Virus record (IMG/VR): IMGVR_UViG_3300037067_026718 | Span: 32,001-96,000 of that record | Strand: one strand, 5' to 3' | Source of the DNA: a virus | Lineage: Duplodnaviria; Caudoviricetes | DNA: 64,000 nucleotides | Part shown: piece by piece, positions 18,174-26,044 of the stretch | Position numbering within the stretch: the stretch's first letter is position 1 | Layout: each line of letters begins with the position of its first letter | Translations under genes and position numbers: made by a program | Notes under the pieces: generated by a model | Databases searched by the model: none | What the model was told of the DNA's origin: nothing | Seen by the model: the letters and a program-made list of their open reading frames with translations, nothing else

Positions 18174-19019
18174 CTAACCACAGCACAACGCTCCTTCCAT
18201 GATGTCGGCATAGGCTTCAGCTTCTGCCGTCACAACTTTGTTCTTGTATTCCGGGCTCTCCAGGTACTTGATGTTGGCATCGACTTCCAGTTTGGCTGAC
18301 TCGATGCAGTCGTCCATGCCGAAGAAGCCCCAGCAAGAATTGCCTTCTTCGTCATCCAAGCCCTCTATGACGAAGCCGTAGACGTCGCCAGTGAGGTACT
18401 GATCGTATGTCTTTACTTCTCTTCGAAGGTACTCCTCGGCATGAGCAAGGTCTTTCTTGGTGACGTTCTTGATGGGCTTATAGTCCTGTCGTTCCTGTCC
18501 CTTTTTAAGCGGTTGCGGACGGCTCAATTCCTTGCGGATGGTTTCCTTGGTGCAGTAGATGAACCCCACCTGTCCGCTATCCCATGGACACGAGAAACGA
18601 CCGGTGCTCATGGTGATGCCGCTGTGGTCGTAGAGGTAGAGCGGCAGTATGACGATGTGCTTGTCGAGTACGCTTTCTATCATGGAGTCGCACTTGCTCT
18701 CTGCCTCTGCCCTGGCTTCCTTGACCATCCGGCTGCCGCTGTCATAGCCCTGGCTTATGAGCTGTTCCCTACGATCCCATGCTTTGTCTGACATCCGCTC
18801 TATTCGAGCAGTGATCCCGGGATCGAACTCAGCGGCCAACGCAGCCTTCCATTCCGTAGGACTGCATTTAGGCTGCTCATCACCGAGCTTGTAATTTCGA
18901 TGCCAGCAGACCATGGTCCCTACGTTGTCCCAGTCTCTCGGAGACTCCGGAGATTCATCCTGAAATACCTTGATGCGGTGACCGCGGTAGGTTTCCTCGT
19001 GGGCGGGATGGTCCATCAC
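18174..19019 (-). CDS. conserved hypothetical phage protein
   Basis: SPRDWDN.G, LPLYLYDHSG, CPWDSGQVG, YLTGDVYG and SCWGFFG motifs of a widespread phage/MGE family. Confidence 0.8.
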   Translation of the reverse strand: MMDHPAHEETYRGHRIKVFQDESPESPRDWDNVGTMVCWHRNYKLGDEQPKCSPTEWKAALAAEFDPGITARIERMSDKAWDRREQLISQGYDSGSRMVKEARAEAESKCDSMIESVLDKHIVILPLYLYDHSGITMSTGRFSCPWDSGQVGFIYCTKETIRKELSRPQPLKKGQERQDYKPIKNVTKKDLAHAEEYLRREVKTYDQYLTGDVYGFVIEGLDDEEGNSCWGFFGMDDCIESAKLEVDANIKYLESPEYKNKVVTAEAEAYADIMEGALCCG

Positions 19020-19504
19020 TTCACCTCCTTATAGGTGTTGTAGTGCCGGATGTCAAAGATGGTCTTGATACAACATCCGTGCTCCCTGGCCAGTCTTCGG
19101 GTGCTGGTCTGGCAGGTCCTGATATGGATGATCTGCTCGTTTGTGAATACTCTCTTCTGTGGCGAGGGGAAGTACCCGCTAAGGTCTGTTGGCACTGGAC
19201 AAGGAATAGGTGGATACCTGTTTTCCATAGAATACTGCTTTGCCCAGTACCCTCTTGGCGGCTTGTCGATACCGTAGGTCTTACACCATTTGCCTACAGC
19301 CACATCAGACACGCCCAGCTTTTGAGCGATCTCAGTGACAGGATAAGACCATACCATGCGATGGAGTTCTTCTCGAGAAGGCCTTTCGGCTCTACGATCG
19401 TGAATCCCTCTGCAGTCTTTACTGCAGAACCTGCTGGTAGATTTGTGGGGATTGAATTCACCCCCGCAGATTTCGCATTTAGCTACTGGACTGGCAGCGT
19501 TCAT
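19016..19504 (-). CDS. zinc-finger plus helix-turn-helix DNA-binding protein
   Basis: CEIC...FCSKDC; EIAQKLGVSDVAVGKWC...PPRGYWAK; second HTH at the C-terminus. Confidence 0.7.
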   Translation of the reverse strand: MNAASPVAKCEICGGEFNPHKSTSRFCSKDCRGIHDRRAERPSREELHRMVWSYPVTEIAQKLGVSDVAVGKWCKTYGIDKPPRGYWAKQYSMENRYPPIPCPVPTDLSGYFPSPQKRVFTNEQIIHIRTCQTSTRRLAREHGCCIKTIFDIRHYNTYKEVK

Positions 19505-19558
19505 TATTGCTTTCCTTCTATTCCATCATAGATGTTGAGTGCTTCAGCGCTGGCATTG

Positions 19559-19966
19559 TTATAGTGACTGCGCTCCACTCAGCTTCGGGTTTCTTTCTAC
19601 CAGGTCTCCCCATGAACAGACCCTTACAGTCTTATTTTTCAGATCATGGATGACAGTCGGTGCATAGGAATCTCCGGCGTTTAGATACTCATAAGACGGC
19701 CATACCGTGTCGTTGGGGCCCCAAAGAGCTTCCACTCCACAGGTCTCGGCCACTACGTTGAGGGCCTCCATTATGATCTCGCGTCTTCGTGGTTTGTGGT
19801 AGCAGGATTCCACCCATTTCCTTACCGATTCATAGTTCATTGGATCTCGGCTGCCCTGCAGTATCTCCCGGGCTTCCTGCGACCGCTCCTTGAACACGGG
19901 CTCAAGGGTCTTTACCGATGGCACCCTCCGGAACGGTGCATTATCCAGCTTTAGCCTTGTCATCAA
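19559..19966 (-). CDS. conserved hypothetical phage protein
   Basis: CGVEAL...YLNAGDSYAPT...SWGDLVE motif. Confidence 0.7.
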   Translation of the reverse strand: MMTRLKLDNAPFRRVPSVKTLEPVFKERSQEAREILQGSRDPMNYESVRKWVESCYHKPRRREIIMEALNVVAETCGVEALWGPNDTVWPSYEYLNAGDSYAPTVIHDLKNKTVRVCSWGDLVERNPKLSGAQSL

Positions 19967-20189
19967 TATCTTCCTCCACTAAAGAGAAAACCATTGCTTT
20001 CTCATGGTTGTTGAGATATTCAATGCAGAAGATATCCTTTTCTCCATTGTTGTAAGTATCACACCATCCGCTGTTTCCGCTATTACAGGCGCATGATGTA
20101 TAGTCGTGACGGCAAGACCAGTTCTTACCTACATCGTGTTTTTTTATAAGCTGTTCTGCTGTTTTCTTTGAAGTTATTCGTTTGCGCAT
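19941..20189 (-). CDS. hypothetical phage protein
   Basis: 82-aa ORF, GAAGGA RBS, AT-richer than neighbours. Confidence 0.55.
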   Translation of the reverse strand: MRKRITSKKTAEQLIKKHDVGKNWSCRHDYTSCACNSGNSGWCDTYNNGEKDIFCIEYLNNHEKAMVFSLVEEDIDDKAKAG

Positions 20190-20210
20190 AGTCTTCCTTC
20201 CAGATGGTGG

Positions 20211-20269
20211 GCCCCCGGCGCCGGCCTGCGGTAATCGCCAACGTTTTAACGATTTCCGACGCCGGGGGC
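20211..20269 (-). other. long intergenic RNA stem-loop
   Basis: 14-bp outer stem plus 9-bp inner stem; the mismatches become G-U pairs only on the minus (sense) strand. Confidence 0.55.
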
Positions 20270-20276
20270 TTTTCGG

Positions 20277-20531
20277 TTATTTCTGAAGCAGCCGGTCAAG
20301 CTTGTCGTTGATGCAGAACAGCACCAGGACAAACTCGAAGTAGATCCGGAGCAGGAGGGGAGCGACGGCGCCATAGGCGACCAGAAGCAGCAGAGCAAGA
20401 CCGGCCTGGTCGTTGACCAAGCCAGCGATGAAGCCGATCAGCGCTGCCAGGAGACACAGAACGACCAGCACTCCGAAGATGGCCTTGATGATCGACGGTG
20501 CGATCATCTTCTCGAAGCTGAAGAAATTCAT
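20277..20531 (-). CDS. DUF4282-family membrane protein
   Basis: FFSFEKMIAPSIIK...LLRIYFEF...F.I signature, 2 TM. Confidence 0.75.
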   Translation of the reverse strand: MNFFSFEKMIAPSIIKAIFGVLVVLCLLAALIGFIAGLVNDQAGLALLLLVAYGAVAPLLLRIYFEFVLVLFCINDKLDRLLQK

Positions 20532-20557
20532 GGAAAATTCCCCTTTCTATTGGGGGG

Positions 20558-20749
20558 TTATGCTCTGTTCTCGCAGAGCTTGAAAAAAGGGTCTTCTTGT
20601 TTGCGTCGAGGTGGTCTATTAGAAAACAGCAGCACTATGACGCCTGCCGTGGACTTTCCGAGGATCCACCACATGCTGGTGCCAAGGTCGAAGATGAAGC
20701 TGGCGGCCAACGCCGCCAGGATCAAGACTCCGATCAACACTCTCTTCAT
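20558..20749 (-). CDS. small membrane protein
   Basis: Start MKRVLIG with an ATGA overlap; 2 TM. Confidence 0.55.
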   Translation of the reverse strand: MKRVLIGVLILAALAASFIFDLGTSMWWILGKSTAGVIVLLFSNRPPRRKQEDPFFKLCENRA

Positions 20750-21048
20750 TGCATCCTCGCTTCCTTGGCAGCCGTGCGAGCTTTCTCTCTGTTGATGGAG
20801 TCGACCCTTCCCATGATCAGGAAAAGGTCTATCAGCCACCAGACGCCGAGACCGCCAAGAGTGAGCAGCTTACCGAATCCTAGGCCGATATCACCGACGT
20901 AGAACCGGTCAATGCCGAGCTCACCCAGAAAGATGCTGAGAATGAGAGCCAGAGTTCGGTCTTTTTTCTCTCCGTTGTAGGTCGAAAGAAAGACCATTTT
21001 CTGGGCATCGGTCATCCCAGCCTGGAGGCCGCTGAGGTTGTCACTCAT
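20746..21048 (-). CDS. TM2-domain membrane protein
   Basis: KDRTLALILSIFLGELGIDRFYVG...TLGGLGVWWLIDLFLI. Confidence 0.88.
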   Translation of the reverse strand: MSDNLSGLQAGMTDAQKMVFLSTYNGEKKDRTLALILSIFLGELGIDRFYVGDIGLGFGKLLTLGGLGVWWLIDLFLIMGRVDSINREKARTAAKEARMQ

Positions 21049-21379
21049 CGACGTTTATCCAGGAGGTTATACCGTTGGCAATGGAACCGTGGTCGCCGGG
21101 GCAGGCAACAGTGAAAAAAGTCGAATTGTTCTCCACTGTTATGACATATGATCCATGGGCAGGACATTTCATGTCAGCCAATCCCAGGTCTGCCATACTT
21201 TCGGCGTATCTACGTCCATGCTGGGCAAAATAGATCAATTCCTCGCTGGCGATGGTTCGCATGTTGGCTCTGCATATGAGCTTCTGGTTGAGAGCCGTCT
21301 CTCCCCAGTTCGGTCTTTCGATGTCGCATGCGGCAGACATAACCAGCATGCACACCACGATCATCACGATTGTCTTCAT
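21041..21379 (-). CDS. lipoprotein with a type IV pilin/pseudopilin-like globular domain
   Basis: Lipobox-like MSAAC; CRANMRTIASEELIYFAQHG.Y helix and CP..GSY...FTVACP..HG resemble pilin head domains. Confidence 0.55.
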   Translation of the reverse strand: MKTIVMIVVCMLVMSAACDIERPNWGETALNQKLICRANMRTIASEELIYFAQHGRRYAESMADLGLADMKCPAHGSYVITVENNSTFFTVACPGDHGSIANGITSWINVDE

Positions 21380-21678
21380 TTCTTCCTTCCTGGTTTACCA
21401 TGCGCTCGAGACCGTCTCGGCACACTCATCCGTTTTTCTTGCTTTTGCAACTTCGCTTTCTGGAGTATGGTATTGGCATCACCACCCTTTCTGCATGCCA
21501 ACTCTTCCTCGGAAGTTCGGCATCTCCACCACCAGTACACAAAGGCTATGGCTTCAGCAAACGTCAGTATCAGGAAAATGATCACGACCGGCCAGAGGTC
21601 GTTGACCAAAGTCCTGTATGCATCCGCTGTCTTCACCAGCGCTGCGTACTCCACGGTGGGGATCGTTACCGAACTCAT
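21376..21678 (-). CDS. membrane protein
   Basis: One TM and a basic C-terminus; ATGA overlaps. Confidence 0.6.
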   Translation of the reverse strand: MSSVTIPTVEYAALVKTADAYRTLVNDLWPVVIIFLILTFAEAIAFVYWWWRCRTSEEELACRKGGDANTILQKAKLQKQEKRMSVPRRSRAHGKPGRKK

Positions 21679-21977
21679 TCGCCCTGGGATTCTCTGATGT
21701 CGCGCAGCATCTCTTTGACCTCTTCTTCAGTGGCCCGTCCTACGATCTTGTTGTGGATGGCCAATAGAGCATCTTTCGCGTCCTTGAGCAAACTTGAGTC
21801 CCAGAGGCGGCAGAATCTGCAGTGCATGTCTTGCCCGGGCTTCTTAATGCCTTCGTACTTCTTTTGGCACCAAGGACATTGCTCGGGAGGCATGTCAGTA
21901 CATTTTCCGCACATGTCCATTCCTACACACAGCTTTGACCGGTCTATGCTACAGCTTCCGTAGTCGTGGCCTGGCAT
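21675..21977 (-). CDS. Cys-rich hypothetical protein
   Basis: Multiple CxxC pairs; AAGGAGG RBS. Confidence 0.65.
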   Translation of the reverse strand: MPGHDYGSCSIDRSKLCVGMDMCGKCTDMPPEQCPWCQKKYEGIKKPGQDMHCRFCRLWDSSLLKDAKDALLAIHNKIVGRATEEEVKEMLRDIRESQGE

Positions 21978-22333
21978 GTATCCTCCTTCAGATTCCAGAT
22001 TTCCTTGTAGTCTGCTATCACCACTTCCTGGCAGTCCGGAGGAAGATCATGGAAAGCGATTCGAACGCCAAGATGGTTCTTCCTTCCAATGGCAGGGGCC
22101 CATCCGTCTGCATTGACATCGATAGGCCTGTCGGAATCCCCATGCTGCCCAAAGCCCTGAGGATGGTACGGATGCTTGGACATGCCGATGTAGAAGAAGA
22201 ACCTCCGGCCTCTGCAAGGCCATCGTCCACAGTACACCACGGTATACCGGTCGAACAGTTCTTCCCCGCCGTCGTAACACCGGACATAGCGGGGGACGCC
22301 GTCAGGCATCAGACGTTGTTCTCGGCTGCTCAT
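21944..22333 (-). CDS. conserved hypothetical phage protein
   Basis: CYDGG...DRYTVV...GMS.HP.HPQGFGQHG...HLG.RI.F.DLP motif; start MSSREQ has an ATGA overlap. Confidence 0.75.
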   Translation of the reverse strand: MSSREQRLMPDGVPRYVRCYDGGEELFDRYTVVYCGRWPCRGRRFFFYIGMSKHPYHPQGFGQHGDSDRPIDVNADGWAPAIGRKNHLGVRIAFHDLPPDCQEVVIADYKEIWNLKEDTCQATTTEAVA

Positions 22334-22875
22334 CTCTTTGCTGCCCTTGCCTGGATCTTGGCGAGGATGTCCTTGCCAATGCCCACCATGCACTCCTGGG
22401 GGATCAACGCTCCCGGATTGTCTTCCGGGGGCTGCTTCGCCCAGTGCTGGGCATAGCTTTCAATGGCTGACATGATGAAGCCCTGACAAAGAGCTCCATA
22501 GGGTGAAAACTCCATGAGCTCGGTGACGAACTCGGTGTTGGTCAGACGATGGGGATCTTCCTTGTGTCCGAACATCATCTCCGGGCTCCAGAGAAGGGCC
22601 CTGGTGTCGGAGTAGTAAACGCCCCACCCATGGGCTACGAGGTCCTCGAGGAAACGAATGAACTCGCATTCTACATAGCCGCCATTCTCTCCGTAGGTGG
22701 CGCTTACTTCATCTATGAACCTGTCGATATCAGGATGGAACCCCCTGTCTGGAAGACGATCGAAGAGGTCCTTCCATCTCAGTATGGTCGGCTCATCCTC
22801 AAACCAGAGAGCTATGCTGACGTTGTCAGTCATGGTCTCGGGTTCAATATCGTACATCACTCCTCGCATCGACAT
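22330..22875 (-). CDS. hypothetical phage protein (first gene of the early-type block)
   Basis: 181-aa ORF, AAAGGAG RBS. Confidence 0.75.
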   Translation of the reverse strand: MSMRGVMYDIEPETMTDNVSIALWFEDEPTILRWKDLFDRLPDRGFHPDIDRFIDEVSATYGENGGYVECEFIRFLEDLVAHGWGVYYSDTRALLWSPEMMFGHKEDPHRLTNTEFVTELMEFSPYGALCQGFIMSAIESYAQHWAKQPPEDNPGALIPQECMVGIGKDILAKIQARAAKR

Positions 22876-23440
22876 CTCCTTTCGCTTTCCCTCAAGATTG
22901 ATTCAGCTACATTCTGCACCATAGCATCCTTTCTGATTATAGGCTGTTTCATATGGTAATACCATATTTTATTGTTTCGGAATGTTTCGCTATACAACAC
23001 TTTATACAAAGCTAATGTATCTATATACACCATGTAGGCACTTTTTGACTGCTGGAATAATGAGGATGGGCCTGTTTTCAACTCGTTGTCATAGTTGATC
23101 TTGCATAGCAATGTTCGATAATGACATGTGCTTTACGTACATTGAATGTACGTACTGTGCATGGCTTGATCTCACATATACGATGTATTCTTTACTATGC
23201 ATTAAGAATCATAGAACAGACAGCTCTCGGCTCCATGTAACGCCAATGTACTGTTTATTCATAAATGAACGCAGACACCCCCGGCAGCCAAAAACAGGGG
23301 GTCCCCTGCTGTGCAGTAAGACTTTATCGTCTTCGACAACAGGCTTTTCGGACCCCCCATTTATGACTTACTAACAGATTGATACGATCGTTAGACCGTA
23401 TATGTTGAGACCATAGAGTACAATTTTCAACGTGCGATGC
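22876..23440. promoter_or_regulatory. AT-rich non-coding control region with perfect palindromes
   Basis: Low GC; ATATGGTA-A-TACCATAT (22951-22967), TACGTACATT-G-AATGTACGTA (23134-23154), CAGGGG-GT-CCCCTG (23295-23308); minus-strand TATAAT at 22936-22941. Confidence 0.6.
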
Positions 23441-23842
23441 TCAGATATCGGCGATCACCGGTTTCATCACAGACGGAACTTTTGTTCTCTGTACCATGAA
23501 CCCGTTTATCTCGCAGAATATCATGATATCAAACGTCTCCTTTTTGATCCGATGGCCTCTGATCTTCTCCATCGTACACAATCTTGGATTGGTAAGCTCC
23601 AAGCCGTGCCGTCCACGCCTCAATACTATGTATCTCGGCCTGGTGTTCGGGCCCTTCGCTTTGCCTGCAGGGAAAGTTGCTCCGTAGAACTCCTTGAGCA
23701 TCGTGATACGGTGAGCGGGAACAACAGATGCCGGGATGATGTAAACCACCACCCCTTCATACGACTTGCCAGAGGCTGCTACTTTCACCAGTTGTCCGAC
23801 CGATATTTCACTCCCCCTGTCTGGCTGTGTACTTGTCTTCAT
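23441..23842 (-). CDS. hypothetical phage protein
   Basis: 133-aa basic ORF. Confidence 0.6.
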   Translation of the reverse strand: MKTSTQPDRGSEISVGQLVKVAASGKSYEGVVVYIIPASVVPAHRITMLKEFYGATFPAGKAKGPNTRPRYIVLRRGRHGLELTNPRLCTMEKIRGHRIKKETFDIMIFCEINGFMVQRTKVPSVMKPVIADI

Positions 23843-23848
23843 GGAAGA

Positions 23849-24103
23849 CTACCTGGGGTCCTTCCCGACGAGAACGACGGATCCCGGACTGTAGAAGTAC
23901 TTCTTGTTGCGCTCGCACCTCACCAATATGGATTCCGGCGCCTCGACTGCGTTTTGCTCTACGGAGCAGACAGCAAGGCCTGATGCGCAGCCGGTCATCA
24001 TATTGGAAACCACGATCATCTCGCCCGGGACTATGTCTTCCACTTTTTTCAGGTACACGGCTTGTTCTCCTTTGTTCATGGCATGTGAATCAATAGCCGG
24101 CAT
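23849..24103 (-). CDS. hypothetical phage protein
   Basis: 84-aa ORF, packed between neighbours. Confidence 0.55.
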   Translation of the reverse strand: MPAIDSHAMNKGEQAVYLKKVEDIVPGEMIVVSNMMTGCASGLAVCSVEQNAVEAPESILVRCERNKKYFYSPGSVVLVGKDPR

Positions 24104-24109
24104 ATCCGA

Positions 24110-24547
24110 CTATTTTCCTTTGTGCTTTAAGGCCGAGATGAGAATGGCTTCCTTGCCTTGCATGCTCGGCACTGTTTCGTAAATGCTTAGGATGGCATTG
24201 ATGAGTTGTTTTCTTGTGAGTTTCGCCGGCGTTGATGGGATGAAACCCCTTATTACCTCCACGCCTCCAAAAAGACTCACAATACTCTCGGTACTGGCTT
24301 TTTGTAAAGCCTGTTTCAGGGGAGATAAAGGCTCCTGCTTCCCAACAACAGCAACCTTTCTGACCTTTTCCTTCTTGGCTTCTGCCGGTGAGTCGTCAAT
24401 GTCGATGCTTACTGACCTGACGTTCACCACCTGGATGGCCTTCATGTCATCGGGGAAGAAAATAGTTCCTGGCCCCGTTATGATGCATGGACGCCACTCC
24501 CTAAGCGTCCGGTGAAGGTGCTCCATGAAGCCATCATTGTGATTCAT
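24110..24547 (-). CDS. hypothetical phage protein
   Basis: Start moved to MNHNDG (GGGGGA RBS). Confidence 0.6.
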   Translation of the reverse strand: MNHNDGFMEHLHRTLREWRPCIITGPGTIFFPDDMKAIQVVNVRSVSIDIDDSPAEAKKEKVRKVAVVGKQEPLSPLKQALQKASTESIVSLFGGVEVIRGFIPSTPAKLTRKQLINAILSIYETVPSMQGKEAILISALKHKGK

Positions 24548-25193
24548 ACTTCCCCCCAAGCGGAAGTTGCTGTGTATGGTCGGCTTTCTCGACCATGACC
24601 GGGGTGATACCCCTCTTGCGCAGACTTTCGATCTCATCGTCAGTCTCTTCGCCACTGCAGACATATTCGATGGCTCTTGGTCTGAACAGAGAGAAAGCCC
24701 CGGGTTTTGGAGCTTCTGGGTCATCGGTGGGAATGGCGTTCTGATGTGCGAGAAGGATGAAATGCTTTCCTACTTCGAATCCTCGAGGCAGAGCTTTCAT
24801 TCTCCTGGATATGCCCATATCCCTGGCTTCGGTCAAGAATGCATCGGGGCTGGCATAGAACTTCTTGCCGACCCAGATCATGAGCACCTTTCCGATCTCT
24901 CCGATGACGTCATCGCTCAACGGGCACAGCGCACACTGCCTCAAGCTGTAGTCACACTTGATGCCTTGCGTCAGCTTGACCGGGTCAACCCATTTCGGAG
25001 CCATCGAAAAAGGAATGCCTTCTCCGCAGGTAGGGCATATCCCCAACTCGAACGGCAGTTTGCCGCAGGTGGCATTGGGGGGATCCCCGCGGAAGTACAG
25101 ACCGCCTTCCTTCCGGTAGCCACAACCCCTGGCCTTTTCGACGAACACAGGAACATTGTTTGCCAAAAGCCTTCTCTTCGATTCGCTGTTCAC
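24534..25193 (-). CDS. conserved hypothetical Cys-rich protein
   Basis: EKARGCGYRK.GGLY, CPTCG and WVG.KFY...EA..MGISRR motifs. Confidence 0.75.
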   Translation of the reverse strand: MNSESKRRLLANNVPVFVEKARGCGYRKEGGLYFRGDPPNATCGKLPFELGICPTCGEGIPFSMAPKWVDPVKLTQGIKCDYSLRQCALCPLSDDVIGEIGKVLMIWVGKKFYASPDAFLTEARDMGISRRMKALPRGFEVGKHFILLAHQNAIPTDDPEAPKPGAFSLFRPRAIEYVCSGEETDDEIESLRKRGITPVMVEKADHTQQLPLGGKYESQ

Positions 25194-25232
25194 ATTTTCT
25201 TTCCTTTCTTATATAAGTGCATATAAAACATT

Positions 25233-25267
25233 AAAAGACAAAGCCCTTCGTGGAAAAACAAAGGGCT
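25233..25267 (-). terminator. intrinsic terminator of the RNAP operon
   Basis: AGCCCTTTG-loop-CGAAGGGCT followed by TTGTCTTTT. Confidence 0.55.
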
Positions 25268-25315
25268 CAGTCTCGACGCAAGAAGTTTATAACTTATTTT
25301 GCTGATATTTTCTAT

Positions 25316-26044
25316 CTAAACCCGGGGGATCCTTCGTAGATAGTTCATCGTATTTTTGCGCAGCAATGCCGAGGCCAGGGCTCCTGCTGCGGCACCAATG
25401 AGAGTAGTCCTTGCGGATAGCAAATAGTTTCTGTAAGTGGCCAATGCGGACATGCGGACTGGGCTGTTCTCGGGGACCCCGGCCCTGTTCCAGGCTTCTA
25501 CTTCCTGCCTGTACAAAGGAGTGTTTTCTGGATCCGAGAACATGGAAGATATCATCGACCGGTACTGGCCTCGTCTTTTCGTAAGAGATCCCGATTCCTT
25601 CCAGTCGCTGTAATGCCCCAGTTCATGGCGCATGACTTCATCAACCACTGGAGGCTTCACGGATATGGCTGGCTTGCCTCCCTTGACAGGAGGTTCAACA
25701 AAGAAACCGTGCCCTGGTCTTGTGGAGTTCAAAGCTTTGCGGTAGAGCATCCGCTTCAGAACATTCACGCCTGGCTGCTTGAGCCATTTGTTTATCTCTT
25801 CTTTGTTGGAAAGTACGCTGATATCTTCCGGGAATGATGTAACATCGAATTTCTTCGCTTTTCCAAATTCTCGTTCCACTTTCGACAACGCTACCAATGA
25901 GATAATCGTGTTGGCGAGCATTCCAGCCATGGATCCAGCTACTGCTCCTCCGAATATTTCCCTGCCTGGAACAGGGCCACTCGACCATCCCGCACGCTTC
26001 TCGAGCTCTATCCTGGCTGCAAGCTTGATGATGTGGTGGTTCAT
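25316..26044 (-). CDS. HEXXH zincin-like metalloprotease with a KxA leader and 2 hydrophobic helices
   Basis: MRHELGH plus downstream E (QEVEAW); leader IKLAA..EKRAG; TGATG coupling to the RNAP stop. Confidence 0.7.
   Translation of the reverse strand: MNHHIIKLAARIELEKRAGWSSGPVPGREIFGGAVAGSMAGMLANTIISLVALSKVEREFGKAKKFDVTSFPEDISVLSNKEEINKWLKQPGVNVLKRMLYRKALNSTRPGHGFFVEPPVKGGKPAISVKPPVVDEVMRHELGHYSDWKESGSLTKRRGQYRSMISSMFSDPENTPLYRQEVEAWNRAGVPENSPVRMSALATYRNYLLSARTTLIGAAAGALASALLRKNTMNYLRRIPRV

Noticed and set aside
19016-19504. HNH homing endonuclease
   Set aside because: Has zinc-finger and HTH modules like those in homing endonucleases but no HNH or GIY-YIG catalytic motif
22857-23374. ORFs 22857-23111 (-) and 23111-23374 (+) in the AT-rich gap
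   Set aside because: Atypical composition, no RBS, overlap palindromes; more likely non-coding
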